Part shown: positions 19,785 through 29,614 of the stretch, one piece after another
How positions within the stretch are numbered: the first letter of the stretch is position 1
How the letters are laid out: every line of letters begins with the position of its first letter
Origin: Candidatus Kapaibacterium sp.
GTDB lineage: Bacteria > Bacteroidota > Ignavibacteria > Kapaibacteriales > UBA2268
Length of the DNA stretch: 64,000 bases
NCBI GenBank assembly: GCA_963665665.1
Contig: OY762428.1
Span: 4,224,001-4,288,000 of the forward strand
Reading direction: 5' to 3'
Notes under the pieces: generated by a model
What the model was told of the DNA's origin: nothing
The model's input: only the letters and a program-made list of their open reading frames with translations
The model's database searches: none
Translations under genes and position numbers: made by a program

Positions 19785-19807
19785 GATATGAAATATTTTA
19801 AAAATGA

Positions 19808-20092
19808 TTAAACTTTGTTTCTTTTTGTTTTCCATTTTCTTAACTGACGTACCATTTTATCGCCTGCTTCATTCAAACTTTTCTGGAAGCTCTCGGACCC
19901 TTCCCTGGCTACCAGAGTTGAACCCTGAACTCTTACTGTGAATTCAACCATTTTGTCCTGATCTTTCCAGAATACTACATCTGTACTAATGATCTGATCT
20001 AAGAACTTGTCGAAACTTTCAGCTACGTCTATGGCCTTTTGATGAAGCTCGGGATGAGACTTTAGATGTCTGAATGTTACGTTTGTTTTCAT
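19808..20092 (-). CDS. hpf: Ribosome hibernation promoting factor / RaiA (short form)
   Basis: MKTNVTFRH...DKMVRQLRKWK signature; GAGG ribosome-binding site. Confidence 0.85.
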   Translation of the reverse strand: MKTNVTFRHLKSHPELHQKAIDVAESFDKFLDQIISTDVVFWKDQDKMVEFTVRVQGSTLVAREGSESFQKSLNEAGDKMVRQLRKWKTKRNKV

Positions 20093-20216
20093 ATATACCT
20101 CTCAAAAAAATTCAAGACAAAAATTAGTTAATTTAAAATATCGTGATAAAGTCTCTTTATCCTCCTATCTATTTTCACGGAATAAGGAAAAATTTGTTTT
20201 AAAAAAATTGAATTCT

Positions 20217-21029
20217 TTAATTAAAATTTAGATAAAATCCCAGATTCAATGATAAACTGCCCGGTATAAGCTCTATGTTATCATCAATATAATCAGGGGC
20301 TTGGTATAACTGCTTTCCGATACCCGAAAAAATCTCAGGGTAGCGAAAAATATGTGTATAACTGCTGGTGAAAATTACACCCCAGTATATGTTGCCTGCA
20401 AGTGCGTGGTCGAAACCAAGTTCAAGGCCGCTGCTGATTCTCAGCACGGGTAGTAAGGTCTCTTTATCATAAAGACGGCCTCCTGTTCTTAATAAATCCG
20501 GATTATTGGCAGGGATGTTTTCCTGCCAGGAAATTTTATTGTACGACAGGCCGGCTCCTAACCCAACAAAAGTTCTGAACTGGCCGTTGGTAGGAATATA
20601 TTCTAAATTGGTTATAAAAGGAATTGATTTGATTTCAAAGTTTTCATTTATATCTGAAGAAATTCCGGGAGCAATATCTGAAACGAAGTATTCTTCAAAA
20701 TTTGCCTGGAAATAATTTATTGAGAAATTTAGCTTGAATTTTTTCGAAATGTTGAATCCCAAAGCAGCATTGATATCCGGTTGAACACGGAAATAATTTA
20801 CGTTTCCTCCGCTAATTTCCCTGTATTTTTCGAAAAATTCCGAGGAATTCAATATGAAGTGCGCCCCACTGGATAATGACAGGGTTATGTCATGTTTTTT
20901 ATAGAATGAAAAAGGTTGTGTAGTTCTATCTGCTGCGGTTTTCTCCGGTGTAAATAATATCAGAAAAAAAATCAGGGTTACGAAAAAATTTCGTGACAGT
21001 TCAGGATAATATACCTCTGATTTTACCAT
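20217..21029 (-). CDS. Outer-membrane beta-barrel protein
   Basis: GGAGG RBS; signal peptide; RTFVGLGAG strand; C-terminal LGFYLNFN. Confidence 0.7.
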   Translation of the reverse strand: MVKSEVYYPELSRNFFVTLIFFLILFTPEKTAADRTTQPFSFYKKHDITLSLSSGAHFILNSSEFFEKYREISGGNVNYFRVQPDINAALGFNISKKFKLNFSINYFQANFEEYFVSDIAPGISSDINENFEIKSIPFITNLEYIPTNGQFRTFVGLGAGLSYNKISWQENIPANNPDLLRTGGRLYDKETLLPVLRISSGLELGFDHALAGNIYWGVIFTSSYTHIFRYPEIFSGIGKQLYQAPDYIDDNIELIPGSLSLNLGFYLNFN

Positions 21030-21167
21030 AAACCTCCGACGTGGGGTTGATCAATTATCAATTTCATTACTTATGTCAAATATAAAAGTATTTATGAGAA
21101 AGTCAAGTATTATCTGTTTTAGATAGTAATAATATTTTTTTTCTGATAACCGTTGGTTAAAAAAAAT

Positions 21168-21198
21168 TGTGACTTTTTGGAAACCAAATCACACCTAC
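21168..21198 (+). promoter_or_regulatory. Possible ECF-type autoregulatory promoter
   Basis: TGTGAC-N18-CACCTA about 70-95 nt upstream of the ECF gene; pattern resemblance only. Confidence 0.25.
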
Positions 21199-21263
21199 AA
21201 GAAAGTGCATTCGGGAAAAAAATATTTATTACTTTTGAATATTATAAACAAAAAAGAAATTAA

Positions 21264-21797
21264 ATGAGTGATAAAGATAAACAGGAGAGATTCCTGCAGC
21301 TATTAAAAACTAACATGGAAAAGCTGGAAAGATACACGCTGGCATTATGCAGGAACAGGCAGGATGCCAAAGACCTTGCAGCCGATACTATCCTGACTGC
21401 TTACGAAAATTTTGAAAAACTAAGGGACGAGAAAGCTTTTCTGAGTTATATTTTCACCATCGCGTCAAGAATTTATTCATCTGGAAGGAAAAAGCTCCGA
21501 CCGATGGTTGAACTTGAAGATGCGGGACAACTCTATTGCAACAGGATAAGCCCTGAAACAGCTACTGATATTCAATTACTGTACGAAGCCCTGTGGAAAT
21601 TGTCTGAAGAAAGAAGAGAAGCCATAATTCTGTCGGAAATATTCGGATTTAAACATAAAGAGATTGCTGAAATACAAAATACCGGAATATCTTCTGTAAA
21701 AATGAGGATACTTCGGGGGAAAAGAGAACTAAGGAAAATTCTCGGCATTGATAAAAAACAGGATATAATAAAATCAGGTGCTGCAGCCCTGATATAA
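21264..21797 (+). CDS. ECF RNA polymerase sigma-70 factor
   Basis: Region 2 (DAKDLAADT...FLSYIFTIA) and region 4 (REAIIL...KHKEIAEI...SVKMRILRGK). Confidence 0.92.
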   Translation: MSDKDKQERFLQLLKTNMEKLERYTLALCRNRQDAKDLAADTILTAYENFEKLRDEKAFLSYIFTIASRIYSSGRKKLRPMVELEDAGQLYCNRISPETATDIQLLYEALWKLSEERREAIILSEIFGFKHKEIAEIQNTGISSVKMRILRGKRELRKILGIDKKQDIIKSGAAALI

Positions 21798-21848
21798 TGA
21801 TAATATGAGATCTCGTTGAAATTTTTTTAACTTTATTAATGAATAACA

Positions 21849-23837
21849 ATGAAAAAGAAACTAAATAAAATTTTTGATAAAACAAGAAACGTTCGTAACC
21901 CAGAACCTTTTTTCGATGATAATCAGCTCCGGAGCCTTGTGGAAAAAAGTAATGGCGCTTCTAATATTAATACCCGGAATCTTCCGGGAAGCCAGACATT
22001 TTTTAAAACTTTCATAAGGAAATTTGCAATGACAGCAGGAATAACGTCAATGATTATGATCATGTCTTTTGTGGCATGGATGTACACTGGAACTATGGAA
22101 TTAAACAACGGTTTGAATGAACTTTCCGCAGGCCTCAGCGAACTTTCGGCAGGTTTGAACTCGATTCTTGCGGGCAGCTCTGATGCTGAAGACTCCTCGG
22201 AGGGCAAAGTAGATAAAGAAAAACCGGATGGGGCGGAAAAAGAAACAATAATAACAGCCAACAATCAAGTTGTAGAGAAAGTAAATATTAAAACAGGTGA
22301 TCTTTTTGAAGTGATGATGAAAAATCAGGATGCAGTATGGAAAAAACTGACAATAGACCTTAAAACCAATAAAGTTTATGGTGAGTTGATGCATGAAGGC
22401 AAACCGAAACAATACAATGAACAGAAAGATGATGAAACTGATGTAAAATCTGAAAAATTCTCCGAGGCAAAGAATGAATATGAGAAGCGGAGAATGGATA
22501 CCAAGGTTATGGAGCTGCTTTCTCCGGAAGACCTGAGAAAAGTTGCAGATCAGATACTGGATGAATTCCCTGACGGGAACAGGGTAGGGTATAGTTTGTG
22601 GAGAATGAGAAGATACGCGCATGAAAAAAGAACATCCGAGTTTGACAGATGTTACAACAATGCTGTCAAACAGGCAAAAGGTATGGATGACTTTCAGAAT
22701 GTAAAAGCAAAGATAGGCTTGTTTAAATATATTATGACATTGATTGCAAGGGATATACAGGGATTAAAAGTTATTGAACTGAATCAGGAAGAACTTGCAA
22801 AATTGAATATCAGCCCTATTGTTCCCTTCAACGATAGCAGACTAAACAACATGGAATTCAGAAATAATAACCTTGGCTATAAGTTAATGACCGAAACAAC
22901 GGAGCTCGATGGTGATCAGAAGGAAAATCCTGCAAAATTTAACTATCCGTCCGGTTTATCTGAAATTCTATACAAGAACATTGTTGAACTATTCATGAGT
23001 AAACCAAGAAGCAATCAGATTGAGCTGGAATTAAAAAAATACACCGGCTGGGCAATGGATGAATTCGATCCGCTGGCGCCTGTAGCTATCACCTCTAATC
23101 TGTATATTGGCGATTACATGCGCCTTATGGTTGAATATGTTGTAAAGGGAGCTCCAAATGCAAGAGATATTGAAAATTTCAACCCCGATAGTTTTTCAAA
23201 AATGATAGAATCAAGAAACAGTATTATTAAAGATGACATAAGCGCTGACTATAATAAACTTATACCGGTTCTTTTAAAAATTGGCGATCAGAAGTCGGAA
23301 GCCTTCCCACCCGAAACTATGGAAGATGAAATTACATCCGAAGGAGTTTATATCAGGAAAAATTATGACTTTACCTATGCTGAATATCGTGTATGGTACT
23401 ATCCCAACGAGGCATTCCTGAAAGCTATTCCTAAGAAGTATTCTGATGTTATACGTAAAGAACTGGATGTGATTGCAAAGGTTGCCGAGGGTGAAATGAA
23501 TCACGAAGATGCCTGCGAAGCAGTAAAAGGAGACGGTTCTTTCCTCGGTGTATGCAGAATGACTTCAGCCGGGATCAGCAATGTGAAAATCTATCCCAAT
23601 CCGATGCAAAACAGAATACTTAACGTTGAATTCAGGCTTGAAAACCCTGCAAAACTTACTTTTGCACTACATAATCTTGCTGGCCATTTTATCGCCGACT
23701 TGAAATCCGGAGAGCATCAGGGAGGCCTTCAGAAAATAACACTTGAGCTTGACAAAACAGTCCAACCGGGTATCTACCTGTTTTCAATTACTTCAGACAA
23801 GGGTGACAATGTGGTGCATAAACTGATAGTACAATAA
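21849..23837 (+). CDS. Single-pass membrane protein (putative anti-sigma) with xxxLxxG heptads and C-terminal T9SS type A domain
   Basis: About 58-aa hydrophilic N-terminus, TM at about aa 59-79, LNNG-LNELSAG-LSELSAG-LNSILAG, C-terminal IYPNP...PGIYL...KLIVQ. Confidence 0.75.
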   Translation: MKKKLNKIFDKTRNVRNPEPFFDDNQLRSLVEKSNGASNINTRNLPGSQTFFKTFIRKFAMTAGITSMIMIMSFVAWMYTGTMELNNGLNELSAGLSELSAGLNSILAGSSDAEDSSEGKVDKEKPDGAEKETIITANNQVVEKVNIKTGDLFEVMMKNQDAVWKKLTIDLKTNKVYGELMHEGKPKQYNEQKDDETDVKSEKFSEAKNEYEKRRMDTKVMELLSPEDLRKVADQILDEFPDGNRVGYSLWRMRRYAHEKRTSEFDRCYNNAVKQAKGMDDFQNVKAKIGLFKYIMTLIARDIQGLKVIELNQEELAKLNISPIVPFNDSRLNNMEFRNNNLGYKLMTETTELDGDQKENPAKFNYPSGLSEILYKNIVELFMSKPRSNQIELELKKYTGWAMDEFDPLAPVAITSNLYIGDYMRLMVEYVVKGAPNARDIENFNPDSFSKMIESRNSIIKDDISADYNKLIPVLLKIGDQKSEAFPPETMEDEITSEGVYIRKNYDFTYAEYRVWYYPNEAFLKAIPKKYSDVIRKELDVIAKVAEGEMNHEDACEAVKGDGSFLGVCRMTSAGISNVKIYPNPMQNRILNVEFRLENPAKLTFALHNLAGHFIADLKSGEHQGGLQKITLELDKTVQPGIYLFSITSDKGDNVVHKLIVQ

Positions 23838-23855
23838 AAACTTAAAGATATTTTC

Positions 23856-23892
23856 AAAAAGAGTTCGTTTTGTAAGCGGGCTCTTTTTTTTT
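23856..23892 (+). terminator. Intrinsic terminator of the ECF operon
   Basis: aagagttcgttt-tgt-aagcgggctctt hairpin with a long T run. Confidence 0.75.
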
Positions 23893-24321
23893 GGTTCACA
23901 TCCAAAACCAGGGACTAAACAAAAAGTTTCATTATTCTTAATAAGAAGAGATCACTGTCGGCAACACATCTATTGTTAGTACCGGATAAAGCCAACAAAT
24001 GTCACTCCCCGACAAGCCGAGGGTAGGCTGAACAAAGTGAAGAGTCTATTCTTCATGATTTTATCATAGATACAAGTGTATTCTTTAGTCTCGATCCTGC
24101 CCTGCCGGGGAATTTATATGCATGCCCCGAGCTTTTTTACCGGTTAATTAGTAGAAATGATCCCCTGAATGTAATTGAATTATACTGAACCCGATCATCT
24201 TCCTGACGAATTTTTACTTATTTCCTGTCCGTCCATGTAATTTCCTGATATTATTGGTGTTAACACCTCTGGTGCATCCTCCGGTAACGATTTTTCGCGC
24301 CGGAAACCCCTTGTTTTGTGG

Positions 24322-24552
24322 TATTATAGCGTTGGTTCGTGCCATCATAGCGTTGGTTCGTGCCATCATAGCGTTGGTTCGTGCCATCATAGCGTTGGTG
24401 CGTGTCATCATAGCGTTGGTGCGTGTCATCATAGCCTTGGCTCGTGCCATCATAGCCTTGGTGCGTGTTATCATAGCGTTGGTTCGTGCCATCATAGCCT
24501 TGGTACGTGTCATCTTAGCCTTGGCTCGTGCCATCTTAACCTTGGTGCGTGC
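24322..24552. repeat. Tandem array of 11 x 21-bp units (consensus CATCATAGCSTTGGTNCGTGY)
   Basis: Units start at 24322, 24343, 24364, 24385, 24406, 24427, 24448, 24469, 24490, 24511 and 24532; no spacers. Confidence 0.97.
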
Positions 24553-25050
24553 TTTCAAAAACATTTTTTGAGATAATATTTTACTCAGAAAACAAAGAAT
24601 TTCACTCTTTTGATATGGAATTTCATTCATTCTGTCCGGTCGATCCCTTTGATCAATGGATGTTTTGATCCGTAAATGTCTCTGCTTGTTTTTGCCCGAT
24701 AAATATTTAGTTCAAAAATATAGGAGTTTGCTATGCCCGGCTATGTTGATCATTCATCAGCACATAATTTCCAAGGGATGTTGGATGAAATTCCTGAGGT
24801 GCGATATTGTAACAGCTCTTCTAGGAGTATCTATATTGCAATTTAGCATTTAATCCCTAACTCTTGATACTGACCCTTTTTTTTTCGCTGCAATGATCAT
24901 CCAGATTATGGTATTTGTAATCATACCAAATTAAAATAATCTTTAAAATTTTGTGCTTTTTATCTTAGCATATATGCTTTATATTGCATTATAAGAAAAT
25001 TTATCAGGCATTAATGCTACAATATTTTATTGTTTTAAATATTTATAATT

Positions 25051-26016
25051 ATGGAAATAACCGAAAAGAAACTGAAATTTGAAGAAACTGACCTCCTGCC
25101 AATTCTTGGTTCGAATGATTTATTCCTAAACATGATAGAAAACCGTTTCAATGCGGCCATAATTGTTCGCGGAGAAAAAATTGTAATAAAAGGTAACAGT
25201 TTTGAAGTAAAGAAAATCGAGGAAGTATTCAAAGAGCTGATATATATCTTAACTAAAAACGGATCGCTTGAAGAAAGGGATGTTAGTACTGTTCTCGATC
25301 TTGTTGAAGCAAACCGTACAGGAGATGTGGTTGCTATCTCCGATCCTGATTCGGTTATTTATCATGGTTATCGTGACTTGATCAGGACACGTACCCCAAG
25401 GCAGCTTGAGTATTGCCAAAAGGTCAGGAACAACGACCTGGTTTTTTCTATTGGGCCTGCGGGAACAGGTAAAACCTTCCTTGCTGTAGCAATGGCGCTA
25501 GCCGCGATGAGACGGAATGAGGTAAGTAAGATAATTCTTTCCAGGCCTGCTGTCGAGGCCGGGGAGTCTCTTGGTTTTCTGCCTGGCGACCTGAATGAAA
25601 AGCTTGACCCATATATTCGTCCCTTGACTGATGCGCTATTTTATATGCTAAATCCCGATAAACTTAAAAGCCTGATGGAAAAACAAATAATCGAGATAAC
25701 GCCCCTGGCCTACATGCGCGGGCGCACATTGAGCAATGCTTTTATTATTCTGGATGAGGCTCAGAATGCTACCGTAACCCAGATGAAGATGTTCCTTACA
25801 AGGCTTGGAGCTAATTCCAGGGCTATTGTTACAGGAGATATTACACAGATAGACCTGAAAGAGAAAACAAATTCCGGACTGGTTGATGCAAAAAATGTTC
25901 TTAGCAAAATTGACGGCATAGAATTTGTTTACTTTTCGAATAAGGATGTTGTAAGGCATAAACTCGTGGCAAAAATAATCAAAGCCTACGAGAAAAGGGA
26001 AAAGAAAGAAAAATAA
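25051..26016 (+). CDS. phoH: PhoH family ATPase (YbeZ-like)
   Basis: GPAGTGKT, RPAVEAGESLGFLPGD, LAYMRGRTL, ILDEAQN and GDITQID motifs. Confidence 0.95.
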   Translation: MEITEKKLKFEETDLLPILGSNDLFLNMIENRFNAAIIVRGEKIVIKGNSFEVKKIEEVFKELIYILTKNGSLEERDVSTVLDLVEANRTGDVVAISDPDSVIYHGYRDLIRTRTPRQLEYCQKVRNNDLVFSIGPAGTGKTFLAVAMALAAMRRNEVSKIILSRPAVEAGESLGFLPGDLNEKLDPYIRPLTDALFYMLNPDKLKSLMEKQIIEITPLAYMRGRTLSNAFIILDEAQNATVTQMKMFLTRLGANSRAIVTGDITQIDLKEKTNSGLVDAKNVLSKIDGIEFVYFSNKDVVRHKLVAKIIKAYEKREKKEK

Positions 26017-26784
26017 ATGAAACTGTTCGAAATAGGATTCCTTACTTTTACCATTATCGACTTGTTCGATATTATGCTTGTTTCTGCCATGTTCTTTTGG
26101 CTGTACAAAGCTCTGAAGGATACTATTGCCGTGCAAATTCTGTTTGGGCTGGTAATTATTATCGGATTATCTTTTATTACAGAGGCCCTTAATTTTAAAT
26201 CAATAAACTGGATATTGAGAACTATTTCAGATATCTGGCTGTTGGCTTTTATTATACTTTTTCAACCGGAACTTCGAAAGCTTATGTTATTGATTACACG
26301 AAGTCCGATATTTAAATTGTTTATTACCACAAAGATAGCCGAAACAATAGATGAGGTTATCGATGCTGTGATAGAAATGAGCGAGGCTCATACAGGTGCT
26401 TTGATCGTATTCCCAAGAACACAGAACGTACAGATGACTATTGATACAGGGCAGCCCATACAAGCGGCTGTATCCAAGGATCTTTTGATTTCAATTTTCA
26501 ACACAAAGTCACCTTTACACGACGGTGCAGTTATTATTGACAACCAGATGATACTGGCTGCTAAATGTCTTCTGCCATTAACATCATCGAAGAAGTATAA
26601 GGAAAGAAACATAGGAACCCGGCACAGAGCGGCGTTGGGATTATCTGAGCAAGTTGATTCAGTTGTACTGGTTGTATCAGAGGAAACCGGAGGTATTTCA
26701 ATAGCCGAAGCAGGTGACTTTACATTTGATATATCGAAAGATAAGCTTGCAACTGTTCTTGGTTCCCGCCTTGCTGATACTTAA
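26017..26784 (+). CDS. cdaA: Membrane-bound diadenylate cyclase CdaA
   Basis: Three N-terminal TMs, FQPELR, PLHDGAVII and GTRHRAA catalytic motifs. Confidence 0.93.
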   Translation: MKLFEIGFLTFTIIDLFDIMLVSAMFFWLYKALKDTIAVQILFGLVIIIGLSFITEALNFKSINWILRTISDIWLLAFIILFQPELRKLMLLITRSPIFKLFITTKIAETIDEVIDAVIEMSEAHTGALIVFPRTQNVQMTIDTGQPIQAAVSKDLLISIFNTKSPLHDGAVIIDNQMILAAKCLLPLTSSKKYKERNIGTRHRAALGLSEQVDSVVLVVSEETGGISIAEAGDFTFDISKDKLATVLGSRLADT

Positions 26785-26875
26785 ATCAAATAATACTCTT
26801 TGGTAATTTTCCCATTGTTTAAACTTTTTCTTATTTTTGCTTCATTGATTTATTAATGAAAGAAAACAATATTAT

Positions 26876-28489
26876 ATGAATTTCAGAATATTTACTATTA
26901 AAGCCCTGATGCTATTGTTTATTGCTTCAAGTAACCTTGTTCAGGCAAAAAATGCAAAAGAAAAAGAAAATCAGATTCCGATAATCACGAAATCGGATTC
27001 AGCCAAATCAATAAAAACACTTGAAAATGATATTGAACATATTTTAAACCATAAACATCTTCATAAAACCAAAGTTGGATTGGCCGTCTATTCTCTTGAC
27101 AACAACAAATATCTTTATAAAAAAAATATTGATAAAATGTTTACACCTGCCTCCAACACAAAAATCGTAACTGTTTTTACGGCTTTGTCGGTTCTTGGCA
27201 AAGACTTTAAAATTAATACGGATATATATACTGACGGTAAATTATTAAACGACAGTACTTTGAAAGGTAACCTGTATATTGTTGGCCGGGGTGATGCTCT
27301 TTTTACAGAGGAAGACCTGGAAAAACTTGTTTTGCAGCTTCTTGACAAAGGAATAAAAGCAGTTCAGGGAAATATCTATGCCGACGGGTCTTTTTTTGAT
27401 GATAAAACAGACCGCAAAGTTTATAGCGGAGACAGGGACCGTGTAGAAAATCTCCCGCCTATAACCGGATTAAGTATTGAAAATAATACTGCAACAGTTG
27501 TAGTCAGCGCCGGTTCGAAAAAAGGAGCTCCATTAAATGTAAGAATTATACCTGACTCTGAAGCTTTTGAAACAAGTTGCACGGCCAAAGTAAGCGCAAT
27601 ATTAAATGAAGAAAATATTATAAATTATGAAGGAATAATTCCTCAGGATGAAATTGTTATCCAAAAATACGGAGATGCCGATCCTGATCCGGCTCGCAGA
27701 AGAAAAAGCGGGGTGAGAATAAAAACTTCAGTTCTTGAAAACGGACGACAGAAATTCTCAGTATCCGGCAGGTTGAATAGGAACAAGATATATTCTTACA
27801 GGTATTATATCAAAGATCCTCTTACTGCTGTTGCCGGTGCTTTGAAGAGACGTATGGAATTGCTGGGTATAGTTGTTAAAGGCAGTTATGGAAATAAAAT
27901 TTTACCAGAAAATGATTCGGTTAGGACGAAAATGCTTGCCACATTTTCCAGGCCTCTGTCAGATATGCTCGAGCCAATAAATAAAAATAGTAATAATTAT
28001 TATGCCGAAAATCTTTACAAAATTCTCGGAGCATATAGTGGATATACACGGGACAATGCTCTTGGAGCTCGGGAGATTGAAGAAAAAAATATGATGAACA
28101 TGGGTATACCCTGCCCTGATTGTGCGCTTTATGACGGATCAGGATTGTCGAGGAGAAATAAAATATCGGCATCAGCCCTAATGAATATGCTGATAATATC
28201 ATCCGGAATGAATTTTTCTGAAATTCTCGAAAACACCCTTTCAATTGCCGGAATTGACGGTACGCTGGAAAAAAGAATGAGAGCAACAGTTTCTGAAGCC
28301 AATCTTAGGGGGAAAACAGGAACATTAAGGAATGTCTCGGCCTTGAGTGGATATGTAAATACGCTGGACAATGAGAAACTTGCCTTTGTTATGCTTTTTA
28401 ACGGACCGAATGTTGGATCATATAAAGACATCGAGGATCAGCTTGGGATTCTTTTGTCACAATTTTTCTATTTTAACGAAGAATATTGA
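26876..28489 (+). CDS. dacB: D-alanyl-D-alanine carboxypeptidase/endopeptidase PBP4 (peptidase S13)
   Basis: PASNTK (SxxK), SNN (SxN), DGSGLSR and KTGTL motifs; signal peptide. Confidence 0.93.
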   Translation: MNFRIFTIKALMLLFIASSNLVQAKNAKEKENQIPIITKSDSAKSIKTLENDIEHILNHKHLHKTKVGLAVYSLDNNKYLYKKNIDKMFTPASNTKIVTVFTALSVLGKDFKINTDIYTDGKLLNDSTLKGNLYIVGRGDALFTEEDLEKLVLQLLDKGIKAVQGNIYADGSFFDDKTDRKVYSGDRDRVENLPPITGLSIENNTATVVVSAGSKKGAPLNVRIIPDSEAFETSCTAKVSAILNEENIINYEGIIPQDEIVIQKYGDADPDPARRRKSGVRIKTSVLENGRQKFSVSGRLNRNKIYSYRYYIKDPLTAVAGALKRRMELLGIVVKGSYGNKILPENDSVRTKMLATFSRPLSDMLEPINKNSNNYYAENLYKILGAYSGYTRDNALGAREIEEKNMMNMGIPCPDCALYDGSGLSRRNKISASALMNMLIISSGMNFSEILENTLSIAGIDGTLEKRMRATVSEANLRGKTGTLRNVSALSGYVNTLDNEKLAFVMLFNGPNVGSYKDIEDQLGILLSQFFYFNEEY

Positions 28490-28650
28490 TATAATTTTTT
28501 CATTATTAAAAAAAATTTCGAATATTCAATTTATTTTTGAATTTTTCGTTTTATAATGTGAAAAAATTATTTAACTTTCTGAAGAAATGTTTTTCAGGGA
28601 TAATAATTCCACTAAAGATTCCCTGATTTATCTACTACGGGGTAACATAT

Positions 28651-29601
28651 ATGCCAAAAAAAATTAAAGTACTACTTGTTGACGACCAGGCAATAATTTT
28701 AGATATTCTGGAAAAAGGACTAAAACAGGATCCTGCGATAGAGATAGTTGGGAAGGCAACTGACGGATATCTTGCCCTGAATATGGTAAGGCGGGTGCGG
28801 CCTGACGTAATTCTGCTTGATATGGAAATGCCCAGGATGAATGGTATCCAGTTCCTGCATAACCTAATGCCTGTTAACCCGATACCTACCATTGTTCTTT
28901 CAGCATTGACTGCTAAGAATTCAAAAATAACAAATGATGCTTTTGAAGCAGGAGCCGTTGACTTTGAGCCTAAGCCGAGCGGTGCAAGAGGGCTAAATGA
29001 TATGCTTGAGCAGCTTTGGACTAAGATTAAAATGGCTGCTACCCAGGATGTTAATCACTTAAAGAAGAAAAAGAAAAGTTATACTCTTCCCAGTTCTCAT
29101 CTGGACAGGGCTGCAAAAACAGATAAAGTAATACTTGGCATGGGAGCCCTGGATGTGTCCAATAATCCAGGACAACATCTGAAAATTTATGCTCTTGGTT
29201 CCTGTATCGGGTTGGCACTTTTTTGTCAGACAGGCGGTATTGTAGGATTGGCACATGTAGTACTACCTCAGTCAACAACCGATATCGAGAAATCCAAAAA
29301 AATGCCCGGCTATTTTGCTGATACAGCAGTTCCGGAATTAATCAGCAAAATGCGTGATCTCGGATGTAATACGAAGATATTTGCAAAAATTGCAGGTGGT
29401 GCCAAAACAAACGTTGATATTGGGGATTTTTTCGGGGTTGGCCAAAGAAATGCTGTTTCGGTAAAAGCAAGCCTGCTAAAAAACGGTGTGAAAATTCTTT
29501 CTCAGGATGTTGGTGATACTTACTCGCGTACAATGACTGTAACAGCCGGAAAAGCAAAAGTTGAACTGTACTATCCTGATAAGGGGTCATGGATGATATA
29601 G
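28651..29601 (+). CDS. Fusion of CheB-type receiver domain and CheD-family glutamine deamidase
   Basis: REC: LLVDD, LDMEMPRMNG, LSALT, PKP. CheD: ALGSC, LAHVVLP, YFADTAV, KIAGGA, GQRN, DVG..SR. Confidence 0.88.
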   Translation: MPKKIKVLLVDDQAIILDILEKGLKQDPAIEIVGKATDGYLALNMVRRVRPDVILLDMEMPRMNGIQFLHNLMPVNPIPTIVLSALTAKNSKITNDAFEAGAVDFEPKPSGARGLNDMLEQLWTKIKMAATQDVNHLKKKKKSYTLPSSHLDRAAKTDKVILGMGALDVSNNPGQHLKIYALGSCIGLALFCQTGGIVGLAHVVLPQSTTDIEKSKKMPGYFADTAVPELISKMRDLGCNTKIFAKIAGGAKTNVDIGDFFGVGQRNAVSVKASLLKNGVKILSQDVGDTYSRTMTVTAGKAKVELYYPDKGSWMI

Positions 29602-29614
29602 AAAGGAGACAAAA

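Noticed and set aside
24322-24552. CRISPR array
   Set aside because: The 21-bp units are head-to-tail with no unique spacers, and no cas genes are in the window.
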